This document shows, in pieces, positions 1 to 12,764 of a stretch of 64,000 nt of DNA. The first letter of the stretch is position 1, and every line of letters begins with the position of its first letter. Origin of the DNA: Tubulanus polymorphus (lineage: Eukaryota; Animalia; Nemertea); contig NC_134028.1 in assembly GCF_964204645.1 (NCBI RefSeq), forward strand, positions 3,596,001-3,660,000, read 5' to 3'. The notes under the pieces are model-generated. The model was not told the DNA's origin, did no database searches, and worked only from the letters and a program-made list of their open reading frames with translations. Both the position numbers and the translations under genes were made by a program.

Positions 1-1086
1 CGTAATTGGTTTTTTCCTTGCTATATATTTCTGAGTTTTTTCGCGTCGCCCGCTGTCGCTGCTGCTGCTGTCGTCGTCGTCGTTCAGCTTTTTATCGAAA
101 TGCATTTTTATCGAGGTTTTTTCAAAATGTGCGAAAAATTGTTTCAGCAGATCGAACTAGAAAAAGTGCTGCCACCGCCGCCGAAATGTAACGATTGTAT
201 GAACGTAAGTAGCGCCGTCTAGTGTATAGCCTGAGCGGTTTATGCGATGCATATTTACAGCATGCCGATTTTGACTCCAGGGGGCGCCACGACGCACTGT
301 CTGTTTCGGGGTGTGGGTATTTTGCTTGTTAGAATTGTTGGCGAATATTCAAACGATCGCAAAATATGAACGAAGATAAGCATTTAAATGGATATTTTAG
401 AACTTTGCGCACAAGAATGTTTCTTTTTCTTGTATCTTATTGAAATGATTGTTTTCCACGGGAAGACGGGATGATTGTACGAGGTTATTTTTTAATTTCA
501 CTCGTCACATTTAAGCGTGCACTTTTACCGAAATGTGAAAGGCGTTTAATTTAGTTTGATGGTTTATGCACCCGAGTGGTTTTTTCATCCAGCGCACATC
601 ATCATCATTCCTTGCACAGTTTTTTGCTTCTAATTAAATTATCGCATTTTTCATGCGTGAGTTTAGTAATAATTTTGGTTAAGACGAAATCTCCATTCTG
701 TCTTTTTATGACTAAACCGTCAACAATCCAGCAAAAGAGAAAATTTTTCTCTCTGCCCGTCCTGAAATGTCAGTTACTTACGTTGATTAGAATTTTTACC
801 GTTGTCTCTTCGACAAACAAAAAGGCCGAGTTTTTATGCAACCGAGATTAAAACGAGCAGTTATGACGAAACACTAACGATTGCGGAAAGATTCGCTTTT
901 AAAATGGAGCATGACGGATGAAATAACCGGCGCCGTTCTCTTCTATGATAATTACTACTATTATTAATTGTCGAATGGCGATTTTCTGTTCATTGCTTGA
1001 CTTTATTAACAAATTCTTTGATCCACATATCGACCGACTAAAGGTATTAACATCAGCTCTCTTTGATCACCTATATCGCGGCCGAT

Positions 1087-1102
1087 GTGTATGTATATAT
1101 AC

Positions 1103-1172
<70 letters not shown>
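1087..1172. repeat. (AT)n microsatellite
   Basis: Directly visible TA/TG dinucleotide run; explains the YIYIY pseudo-ORFs. Confidence 0.97.
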
Positions 1173-1177
<5 letters not shown>

Positions 1178-1366
1178 ATCGCAACCCTTAAGGCAGATTT
1201 CTGGAACGCTTGATCCTTCCATATACGCAATAACCGACCATTTCCAGGTCTCAACTATTTCAAAAAAAGTCTTGGATATAAAGAAAAGTTATTTCGCAAA
1301 ATGAGGAATCATAATTTTGATGTTTTTATTCAAGTTTTAACAATTGTTTTTTTTTTCTCTACGCAG

Positions 1367-4300
1367 CGTACGGACCGCGCTCCGAAAGATCGTAACATCG
1401 CCGAAGTCGATCCGATAGCTTTCGCAGCGATGCTCACCGAACGTCTGGAGAAGGTGCTCAAAGAACAGGCCAGTATCGAGAAGATACGACGACTTATCGT
1501 CGAGGTAAATATTCATATCTGTTGTTTATCACTTTGGTCCATGCCGGAGCAGGGTCAAATATGCACTAAACAACTCTTAGTCTTTCTATCAATCGATGTT
1601 TGTTGCTAGATCTTAACCTTTGAAATTCAATATTTGGAACTGAAAATACTAGAATAACCATTTCTACTGATCTCGGGCACTCGGATCATTTCAGACCGAG
1701 TTCAGCCGTTTTTGATGAAAAATTTCCGGGTTTCACAATCGAAAATTTGACCCGAAGGTGAAACTGTCGGATCTGGGTGCGGCGCTTTTTTTTTAGCGCT
1801 GATTTCTTCGAAAAACTCGTTTACGGGTTATCGCCGTTTTAGACGCTTTTAACATTCTCGTTCGTGCCTTGTTGATCATCGTTGCCGCCATCGCTTTGAT
1901 GATCAAAACACGTGTTCGTACAAAAAAGAGGGGAAAAAATCCGGCGTACGCGCGATATATAAATGCCCATTTGAACTACGGAAGAACACACGGATGGAAG
2001 AAAGAACGAATCGTTTGCGTAAGCTTTTTCAGGATCAGGCTAAAAAGGGGGTTGGGGGGTACGCACTAGACGTAAAAGGCTTTATCCGTGGATCAAAGTT
2101 GTCTAGTATCGGATAAAGGTCGGTTAATACACCGCGTTCGCGTTTGATGGAAACGTAAAGCCCCGACGCTAGTATACGCGGTTAATGCGCGACGGCTTTC
2201 GATGCGACCGTCAAAGTGAAAAGTTTCCGCGTTCGCCGCGAGTGACGACGATTGATACCGCGTATCGGACGAACGAGCGTTTCGCGGAAACGCTCGTTTA
2301 TTGTCACCGCGACAAGAAAGGATTTTTTCATTGTTGTCTGATGTGAAAATAAGTTTGCCTATAAATAAAAAGATCTATAGGATAAACCCTCGTATGAGTG
2401 TCGAGTGCAAATTGAGTACTCTACGTTCATACACTAGGTGTCACTAGTGAATCCACCAGGTGTCACTAGTGGATGCATGCCACTTGTGGGCATTTCAACA
2501 ATTGTGCTGGACATCATTTCTCAAATCCAATGAATGGCCAATCTCAGTATACATGAACCTTTAGGAGTAATCTGAGTAATGATTAGTCTAATGTTTTATG
2601 TAGGCTGCTTAAAATCTAGAAAATTTAGTGAAAATTAACAAAACTTTGTGGGATATCTGGTACTGGTACAGCACGCCATCTAGTGAGAAAGTTGAGCTCG
2701 AGGAACATGGTTTTTTTCTCGTGGTGATTAATGGTTCCGTCATCTTCCGTTGTCACTGTTTTATCCGCTATTAGTCGTCGATCTTCATCAAATTTACCGT
2801 TTGATGCGCCGGGCGTCGGTTTCAACCGACGTCAACTTGAGACGACGACAACGCTTGATGAAGAGTCCTGACTCGATGACGTCTTTGAGAGTCTTTTATG
2901 AAGTTTCTTCTAAAGACGCTGTTAGTTAACCCGAGCCGGCGACGTCGCGTGACTCTTTGAAGCGGCGATTTTCTTTGTTTTAGAGAGAAAGAGAGAGAGA
3001 GATGACGGCCGACTGACGGACGAACGGACGACGCGCGGTCGCTATGCTATTTGAAGTGCGCTGGAGCTCGCTTTATGACCTCGCGGACAGCTCCCATGGG
3101 CCGCTGCGGAGAGACATCACACGCCGCAACATGTCACAGACGCTTAGAGGCTGGTGGTAATCCGTCAGATCCAGCCAGCACAAAGCACCTCAAAGAATTC
3201 ACAGCCTGTTAATACCGGCATTCTTGTGTCACTTCGTCCTTCTCAAACTGCGCACGGTTATTGATGATAGCAATCATTAAGTAATGTCCAGTTTTCTGGT
3301 CTCCGTCATAAGATCCGCCGTCATTTAGATATTAACCATATCAGATGTTAAAAGGAATATGTGAATATTGTGATAGGGCTTCACATCGCGTTCCGGTTTT
3401 CCTGTCAGATGACACCGTATACATATCAGAAGTACTCGGTCAAAGGTAGTTCATTTTGAAAGAAGTTCGATCTCAGTTTTTCGTCTTCCAATCCAAAAGT
3501 TAGACAAATCGTGCGTCTAAATAAACTCGAATGTGGCACGATTTTCAAATATTGTTTATTTAAGAAATAATCATTAGATTTTAATGGAATTAAGCCGATG
3601 AATTCAGCATTGATATCGTACCGTACACTAGTGAACCTGTGGCGGATTCCCGTTGAATTTTACTCGCCGGGAAGTAGGATTATCGGTACCCCAGTTTGCC
3701 GTATTATAGCGGCTAGATGTATGAAAAGCCAAATGCAGTTGCTGTAGACCCCTTAATGGGCTAGTTTCATTTTGTCTAGTTTTCACTTCACCGCGACCGT
3801 TGTGTGTCAAAGTTTGCGATTAATTCGCGGTTGTTTCTTATCTTTAAAAGCAAAAAAAAAAGATGAGAATGTGTCACTTTGATTCCGTTGTGCCCTCCCC
3901 CTGTGCGCTGATATTTAAGCGATTATCGCGTTTGATGCATTGTTGCCTCGTGAAGCGCACGATCGCGTTGTCAATGGCGACGATTGTCAAAGGGCGTCAA
4001 AGCGATAAGACCGCGTTCGCTCGTTCGTTCGGCGCTTTTATTTCGAGGCGCGAAAGCTCGAAATCGTTCGCTTTGAACGCGATAAAAATGATGGCTCGAC
4101 TCGACTGGGGGTCGGTCCGTTCAGAACGGTGCTGATCGGACCGACATCAAACAATTCAATGCGATGAACTGAGATAAAACGAAGCAGCGTTCGGGTGTCG
4201 TCTCTCAGCGGCTCGTCTCTTTTGAAATTTTAAAAAACCATAATTTTCTGGCTCTTTATAGAATTCTTACTCTTAAATTAAATGAAATGAATTGAAGCGC

Positions 4301-7300
4301 TAAATTTATTCTCTCTCGATTTCGGGGAAGCTTTTCAATTTCCGTTTGAAGTTTTCGGCAAGTTCTACAACATCAACAGTTCGAAGAGAGTGTTTAGATT
4401 TCCACATAATTAGTGTCAACAATAATCATAAGCTCGAATTCAAATGAACATATTTCATAGAATGGCAATATTTCAAACTTCTTCTTATCAGGGGCTAGTT
4501 CGATAAACATGGTTTAGACTTAGACTAGTCTTGGACCAAATAGTTTTATAGCCAATCTAGCAACAGCCAACCTTACAACAATAAGAGTTCTAAAGCTTCA
4601 AAGATCGTAAGATGTAAGACTTCAGTGTTCAGGGTCTGGTTACTGAGGAGGATGATATAGTCTGAAATGCTGATCGTGATTTTAAATGTATTAGCTTGGT
4701 GCGAGTTGACTGATTCAGTCAACGCATCATGAAATAATAACAGTTATCAATAGGCATTGAAGTTTTTACCCTTCAGATGTTTGGTTGGCGTGTGTATCGT
4801 CGATATTGATCCGAAACATCGATAAATGAATGACGTACTCTAAGAATATATACTGAATTCACCGTATCGATTCATAGTCATTCACTTTGATGATTTTCCT
4901 TTGTCGTTCAAAGTGACAAATTCAATGAAACGGAAACAAACTTCAATCGAGTATTCGTCGTCGATAATCATCGCGATGTTCCATCCCTTTTTCCGCGTCG
5001 GAAAATCGAAAAATTGCATATTTATAATATTCGAAATTGGATATCTAATAGTTATTTGTCGTCGTATTTTTCAGCCGGATACTTCAGCATCGATGGACGA
5101 AACGAAGTCATCGATAACACCTTATAACAAATCAGCCGCGTCGGCGACGCTGACCAGTTTAATGGCGGCGGCCGAGAAAGATCGCGAAGACAACGCGCAA
5201 AGTATTCTAGAGGAGCACGTGTCCCGTATCTGGGATTGTTCGAACGGACAGACGCCCAGTCGGTCGCCGGGCAAACACTCGCCTAAATCGAAATCGCCCG
5301 AACGGGCGTACCGAAAACTGTTAACGCCCGGATATATGGCGGGCGTTCCGAAGCCCGGATATCACGCGTCGTCGTCGTCTAAACGTAAGGATAAAGACTA
5401 CATTTCGTTGCATTCGTACGACAGCGGTGTCAGCGAACCTAGCGGTGCAATATACGACATAGCCGAACCTACGACTCATTACAAACACATACACCATCAT
5501 CACCATCATCACCACGCCGTTAGAGACGTTATCAAATCATCGAAACAACTCTACGAGGTCGACGCTGCGCAACAATGCGGCATTTCGTGTTGCGTCGACG
5601 ATGCCGGTAACGCTAATTTACGGACGTGTCCGCCGGACTCGCTGTCGATACCCGGGTATCGCGATCGTAGTCGCGAGTCGGGTAAACGTGTCGGATCGAG
5701 TAAGAAGGTTTCGGACTCTAGTAGTAATGTTTACGACAGCGGAGTGAGCGTCGCGTACGACAGGTCTCCGCCGTTACCAGTGCCAAATATGCTGAACCCG
5801 AACAATGAAAAGTAAGTATCGGTACTAAATCGTAAGTCTTCAGTTTGTTTTCTTCCAGAAAATTACAGCCTTGCATGAACCAGTGAATGAGTGTATTTTC
5901 CCCCAGAAGATTACAGTCTCATTTGAACCTGAGATCCGAATCGTTTCTCTATCGGGTCGCTCGGGGATCCTATCTCTATATGGGTGGCTCCGGGTGCACT
6001 TCGTTTTGGCCATCGTCCGATTTAACCCTGGCCTTAACTTGCTTGAGTAATTTATTGAATGATCCCTCAAGGCGCGCCCCTGACAAAGTTCTGGAATGGT
6101 GGCGATTAGTTGAACCCCGATGGATGTTGTAGTGCTTCGGTGACTGCGGCGGGTTAAGGATTCATGTATAAGATTGATAATTACGCGTATCGCACGTTTG
6201 CATTTCATAAAACATCATTATCAAGTTTAAGATACGTGTGAAGAGTTGAATTGTTTCCTCAGCGACTAATTGATTCTCGCTAACGGGCATTAATCGCGTG
6301 TCAAGAGTGAAACAGCGATCAACGGGCAGCTCAGTATCGGCAATCGTTTAACCACTTGAGATAATAAAATCTCGACGAGGACTCTCGAGTCACTCGACAA
6401 TGAGCCGATTGAGGAATACCGGGCCCGGCGAGCGATCATTCAGCTGATTACCTGCTGCTGCTAGTGCGCTGTATGTTAACGAACTAATGCTCGATGGTTC
6501 GTCTCAACAGTGTCGCTTTCGGCCAGCAATTACCGCAAATATTGTGATTTCGTTTGTCGGCTCGGCGGCCTTCCACTAATTAGCGGCGGCGCGTGCGCGG
6601 CAGAACGGTGCGACTGAGCGCGCCCGGACTCGCTCGTTCGACACCCACGGGCGTACGACGCCTCGCGTAAGCCGTCGCCGAGTAAATTTCGTTTGAAATT
6701 AGGCGAAATGAGCCGATACAAAGTGGCTGCATTCGCGTTGATTCGCTAGATTTATTTGTCTGATAATATAGATCAAAGGCGCGTTAAAAATGGTGCTGAT
6801 TCGCTGAGTGGTTCGTTGCGGTCTCTAGTTATAAGGCGTGATTTGTGTTGTGTTGTTGCTGATGGCGTCCGTTACTAATTGACTTGAATAGTGTTTAAAG
6901 CACATACGACGGACATAAACAAATTTCCGAATCTGTCGTCGTCGAGCGGTCGGGACATCTCGCTAGATGGCCGAAGGTCCCTCGTTATTCTCGCGTCTAA
7001 TTATGTAGTTTTGCGCGTTGTTTGAAGTCGGCTTTTGAAGTGGAAACGCTATTCGCGGCCACAAATGAGTCATTATGTAAAGTTTACGTCATTTACCCTC
7101 GGCTAGCAGCGTTTTGCGGTGAACTTGGGCGCGAATTAGCCTCGAACTACGTAGCGCATTAGTATCAAAGACTTTAAAACAGTTTCAATACTCGTGACAG
7201 GGTGTGGTGCTGAAAACAAAAGAAAACTCTTTTTTCGAAGCGCGTCGTATTCGTCGTTTGATATCCGTTCGGCTTTGAAAATATTCGCGAAATTCTTACT

Positions 7301-10300
7301 TCCGGCGTCAATAGTTTTAATGCGTTTTGATAAAAACAGATATTTCGGGTGTTATAGAAATTAATTGAAATTCGATATAGTTCAACTACGGCGTATCAAT
7401 CAAAGTCTCCGCCTGACGATCGATTGGAATCTATACGTTTTAAAACATCTATAGTTCGTGAAAAAAGGCTTTCATGTTTTTAAGAATAGCGTTGGTTTTC
7501 TAGGTTAGATTTTGGCGTGTCTATGTCGCGATTTCTAATATTTCATGATTCATATAATGAATAAACGCGTTTATCACTGATAAGTGAACTCGATAGTTGA
7601 ATGGCGCGTGTGAACTCACACGTAGAGAATAGATTATGAAGCCTTTTTTCTAATATTTGGGCTATGAATCCGGCTCCTGGAATTCTGCGCAAATTGTTGA
7701 ATGGCGGGCGCGTGTAAACTCACACGTAGAGAATAGATTATAAGGCCTTTTTTTCAATTATTTATGGAATGAATCTGGCTCCTGGAATTCTGCACAAAAT
7801 ATCGAATTAAAAAAAAAGGCTTTATAGTCCTTTTTAATCCATTTTCCTTTACAATTTGAAATAACAAATTTTTTCTTTTATATCTGCCTTGATTCTCAAG
7901 CTAGTAACTTGTGATAGTTATTATCATTTTAATTTTCAATTAAGCGATTTGGAAAAAAGACATTTTTTTCTGTAGTCCTTCCAAGTTTTTTGTTTGGAAA
8001 AACATTAATGATAAAAAAATTTTTTTTAGATTTTAGAAAAAGTTTCCTGTTCCCTTTCATTTGAGATGACTTTCATTCGAGATGAGCCTATTAGTTATGA
8101 AAAATTTCTTTTTTCGATTTTTTAAGAATTTTTTAAGAATTATTTTTCTTCACCCTCCCGTATTTTTCTTGAAAAAATCTGTGCTCCAAGTAATTGAAAA
8201 AGGCCCAAGAATAAATACGCTCTATATGAATTTAAAAGGTTAAGGAAACAAAATTTATTAATCATCATGAATTGAAATTAGTTTGAAGACATAATATTTG
8301 GCACCCTCTCTCGAGGTGACCGTCAGGTGTCGAATAACGGTCACATTTGCCCGATTTCTCATTCGGTCGTCGATTCGCGCGATGTGTCGCTCCTCGTTCG
8401 TTCCTGTCGCTCCTCGTTCGTTCGTCTTATCAGAAAACTCGTGTTGACGTCGGTCGTCTTCGTTTCGATCGTTTGAACAGACATTCGTCGTTTCATCTTC
8501 TTCGACTAATCATTTTCAATTAAAACTGAAAAACGAACAAACGAGAACAAACCTCTTTTCTCTCTTTCTCTCTCGCTCTTTCTCTTCTCTGCTCTGTTTT
8601 ATCTCCTCGGTCTTTTCTTGCGCTGAAAAACAATTAGGCGTTGCGTCTGGTTGTAAAAGCTTTGTGTTTTAATTTCGTCTGAAAGCCGAAGAGCGATTTC
8701 AGCGAGATATGTTTGTTGTTCTCTCTCTCTCTCTTTCTCGGTGGTTCTACGTACACAAACGACGGTGGAAAATTAGAATTTTTCGGGATGAAAGATAAGG
8801 CGGTTCCTCCTTGCCGCGAGTTGAAACGAACGGTCGGTCTCCAGTCGCAGTCGCGTTCAAACGTTTCATGTTTTTCACAAAGAGATAATTACATCAATAT
8901 CGAATCCGAGTGATGATCCTATATTGTAGTTAATCATGCTTGTAGTTCGACTCCTTTTTTTCGGCGTCGCGCGCGCGCGAGAGAAACTTGAAAGACGGCG
9001 AGTTCTCTTCACAAGAGTCAATCGGTTGCATTAAACGCTATTTGATGTATCGAGCACAAATAGAAGACACGCTACATGCGCGCAGCGATGATAACAACGC
9101 GCTACAGCTGTAAAAATATATCACTTCTTCCAAAAACTGACTCGAATCATTTTACGACTGAATTTCCAACTATTAAACCAAATATTTCCAGGTGCCTTCA
9201 TTCTGTTTTTACAACCCAAAATATATCACCGCCATTTAACCGATTTTAACTAATTTTTAGTTTAGAGTCTGAAACTATAGAATTTTAGTAATTTCCGCGT
9301 TTGGCCTGGTATTTGTTTTCATTAACTTTCGATTATGCCTTCGTGATGAGTAAAAGCTTATACTTTATTAAGTAGCTTTGGAAATTCGGACATTTAGCGA
9401 AGACAGTAAATAGTACGAAAGACCCTGAAGATTCTATCTATCTTCGCTATTTTTGGTAAAAGAAAAGGTTATTAGCAATATCCGCGGGAATATTTCGGTT
9501 GCGTGTTAATTCGTGAAGACATTCCGATTATTTGATAGAATTTGGAAAATGAGCGAACGTACGTCGTCCGGTACATCCGCGCAGACGTTCGTTCGCGACG
9601 CAGGCAGGCGACGTCATCTCCCAAAACTGAAGAGAATCCGTCGAAACTTTGAAGTGCGCCGATGTAAGATCAAGAGATGACTGCGAAGGCAAATTAAAGA
9701 AGCGCGCAAACTGCTTCAAAAGAGCACAAAGCAGAAATCACGCGCTTGTAATAGAAGGCACCTTATTGGGATGCCAACTTTCAAAGCTAGACGAAGTTCC
9801 AGCTAAGCACTTTGTTCTTTTCATATTCTTTGTACCGGCGCTCTTTTAACAGAGATACGATATATAGCGTCAGATATTAAAGGCAAAGGGAAGGGTGTAT
9901 TCATTAGTGTTGGGCTTGGATCTCAGCTGTAATATAGTCGCTTTTAGTTAACCGGTATATGCTAGGATGAAAGCCCGGGATCACGCTTTTGATTAGACGC
10001 CAGAAGTGTGATGGATAGATAGATTGCTATATTATTTGTGTCGCCGGAGTTGAAAATCTCGAAGCTTCCGCGCGTGTTTTACTAACGCGGGCTCGTCGTT
10101 CGACCGACTCGACTGGTGCACGTGTAAATTATACGTTTGTCTCCGACATCAAAATGGCTGACGCGTCTTTTATGCGTCTTCGATTTCTTTTTGAATCGAT
10201 TGCGTCATCGCAAGTACGTTTATATGATCAAATGAAAAATCTCCCGTCAAAGCAAAATGTCGAGATTAGAAAAAGATGAATAGTTGAAAGGACGATATGT

Positions 10301-12432
10301 TTGAGATTATTTCCTCATTTATTTTTCGTTGATCTCTGATACGCTAGAAAAGTCTTTTTATATCGCAGGGTTCGTACAGTCATTGAAAAATCCTGAAATT
10401 GATTTCCAGTTCTTTGAAGGTCGGGGAATTTCTGATATCGGTATAAGTCATGGAATTTTTGTTATTATGATATTTTCATGTTTTCTGGTCTGAATGGAGT
10501 TTTTTGCTGCGGTTCTTTTCGCACGAGTTAAAATTTCTGGGTCATGGAATTTTGGATTTAAAGTTTCAATGGCGTATTGGGAAGAAAGGTTATTTTAAGT
10601 CATGGCATTTGGTACAGGAACCTTGTATATTTATACCTTTCATTAATTCAGTATTTGTTGTTTTAGGGTTTTGAACTGGATGTTGGAGAATGAAAAGGTG
10701 AAAGAATGCACGACTGGTCCGACTGAGTTATCCGATCGTAGTTCATCTCATAAACGCTCATACAAATCGTCAACTGCTTCACCATCGCAACACAGACAAG
10801 GGTAAGCAAAGTGATAAAACTCTTTGACCGCCGAAGTCGGATATGTATCAAATTCTTTGGGAATCTTTCCGATTGTTAAAATGTTTCAATATGCGTGTAC
10901 GATTTGTCGCTTCAGAACGTCGAAGAAAACAAGTCAATATCCGAACACGCGTTCGGGCTCACAGGAACGGAGTGGTTTACAGCCGCAGTGGATCGGGCCC
11001 GATGGCGCCCCGCTACACCACAAGAAACCCAGCCAGCCCATTGTACAGGATCCGTCTATGCCACTGCTTACCCCTCCAAACCCGATCACTCAACTCGAGG
11101 AAGCCAAACGTCGTCTCGAAGCGAGCAAAATGCCCAAATCAAGGTAAGAATTGAGAGACAGAGAATTGAGTCATAAACTATTAACACAGTCCAGCGCCTC
11201 ACGGTCCAGTGCCTCACAGTCCAGCGCCTCGCAGTCCAGCCCCTCGCAGTCCAGCGCCTCGCAGTCCAGCGCCTCACTAGTCAATATTTGTGCAATAGTT
11301 TGTATTCTGGATTGATAAACAGGTCATTTCTTTCATAATGGTTTTAGTAAAAGCCGAAAATTTAAAACTTTCACAAATTTCTACCTCTTCAATGAGATAA
11401 TAATTGAATTGTTTTACAGGTCATTTACTGGTGCTACGGCTAAAGATAAACGTGCTGTAACAGCGACGTACGGAACTCCGCCGCGACAGCATACCGGTAA
11501 AACAACGACAACGACGACGATCATTCCTGAAGTTGAACCGTACAGTGTTGATAGTAGTCAGTCATCAACTAGTGGTAGACTAGAGTAAGTTTCATATATC
11601 ACTTTCCAGCTGTTATTTTAACAGAGTTAGAAGCAAGAGTCGCATCTCAATGATCCGTTGAGCTACATGCCCTTGCGACTGCCAGTGTGACCCCAGTCAC
11701 GCATATTCTGCTCTCTCAGCTGTTTCTCCCAGTCATGACGGATATACACTGATGACCGACTGACCGGTCGCACACTGTCACTCAATCTATGCGACCAGTC
11801 CCAGCCATGACTGACAGACTGGTCGCCCATAGTTGCTGATCGCGTTGCAGTCAATCTACACGCCCGGTCACGACTGACACAGAATAGGGCATAGTCAAAA
11901 TTTCGTAGTCAAAATGCCCTCATTCCAAACCAATCTGACTTATTATTGATGTAATGTAATGTTTAATTCTGAATTTGCAGGAAATCACAAAGAATGATGT
12001 CACCAGCGAATACGCCAGGTACGCCAGGCAGTCACACCGAAAAAACAGTCATAGGTTACTACATGTGCGGCGATCCTATACCGTACAGAAGTGTCCTAGA
12101 TGGCGCTAATATCACTCTTCGCCAGTTTAAACAGCTAATCACGAAGAAAGGAAACTACAAGTAAGTCATCATTTGACCAGCCAGACGGATTTGGGTTAAT
12201 TTTATCGGTTGCCGAATTTAATACATTGCCACGTTTTAAAAAGATGATTTCGGCCGTGAGCTTAAAAATGAATTAATGATTTTCATCGAATTTTTTCCGC
12301 AGGTTCTTTTTCAAACGAGCGAGCGATGAATTCGACACGGGCGTCGTCCACGAGGAGATCACCGACGATAACGCCGTTCTGCCGTTGTGGGAGGGCAAAA
12401 TCGTCGGCAAAGTCGAGAAAATCGAGTCGTGA
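1367..12432 (+). CDS. AXIN: Axin (Wnt destruction-complex scaffold), 3' part; N-terminal tankyrase-binding/RGS exons lie upstream of the window
   Basis: GT-AG exons with consistent phases: 1367-1504 (VDPIAFAAMLTERLEKV, GSK3-binding helix), 5075-5811 (EDNAQSILEEHVSRIW, beta-catenin-binding motif; His tract), 10667-10801 (KVLNWMLENEK), 10916-11143 (QDPSMPLLTPPNPITQLEEAKRRLE), 11420-11584, 11981-12160 and 12303-12432 (DIX domain: YYMCGDPIPYR...FKQLITKKGNYKFFFK...LPLWEGKIVGKVEKIES*). Confidence 0.97.
7590..7798. repeat. ~105-bp tandem duplication in Axin intron
   Basis: Two copies of gttgaatggcgcg..gtg(a/t)aactcacacgtagagaatagattat..ggctcctggaattctgc. Confidence 0.85.
10366..10625. mobile_element. 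MITE-like element (CAGGGTTC.TAC termini, internal gtcatggaattt repeats)
   Basis: Ends cagggttcgtac ... gtacaggaaccttg. Related copy at 12930-13241 (ggggttcttacggg ... cccgtaagaacc) and a fragment near 25883. Confidence 0.55.
11186..11277. repeat. 15-bp minisatellite (CAGTCCAGCGCCTCG) x6
   Basis: Directly visible tandem array in an Axin intron. Confidence 0.92.
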
Positions 12433-12651
12433 ACGAACTGAAAATTAAACGGTCGCGATCGATCGACTCCGCTTAACACGTATATACCTCAGGATGTTGT
12501 ATAATTACCGGAACGAACCACATGTGATAGAAAAACCGGCGAGCGACTAGTGAACTATGAACGGTTGTGAACTCTTCTAGTCGGTCGAGAATGATAACTC
12601 CTCTACTCGCGCGGTCGTCGTCGTGACACTCTGCCCGCTCGCACTGCTGCC

Positions 12652-12764
12652 TCGGTCGGTCGGTCGGTCGGTCGGTCGGTCGGTCGGTCGGTCGGTCGGT
12701 CGGTCGGTCGGTCGGTCGGTCGGTCGGTCGGTCGGTCGGTCGGTCGGTCGGTCGGTCGGTCGGT
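12652..12764. repeat. (TCGG)n microsatellite, ~28 perfect units, in probable Axin 3' UTR
   Basis: Directly visible; source of the PTDR pseudo-ORFs. Confidence 0.97.

Larger units (their letters stand above)
1016..9786. promoter_or_regulatory. Cluster of TCF/LEF (Wnt-response) motifs in Axin introns
   Basis: CTTTGAW/WTCAAAG seen at 1016, 1061, 1618, 1894, 2092, 2955, 4071, 4597, 4885, 4907, 6772, 7164, 7273, 7399, 9647 and 9780. GCCGCCA helper-like site at 1884-1890 next to the 1894 site. Confidence 0.6.

Noticed and set aside
945-1254. YIYI-repeat ORFs (also 54179-54481)
   Set aside because: Translation of (AT)n microsatellites.
5840-6208. ORFs of 81-122 aa inside the Axin intron
   Set aside because: No recognisable homology and no phase-compatible splice sites needed; the Axin frame joins 5811 to 10667 directly.
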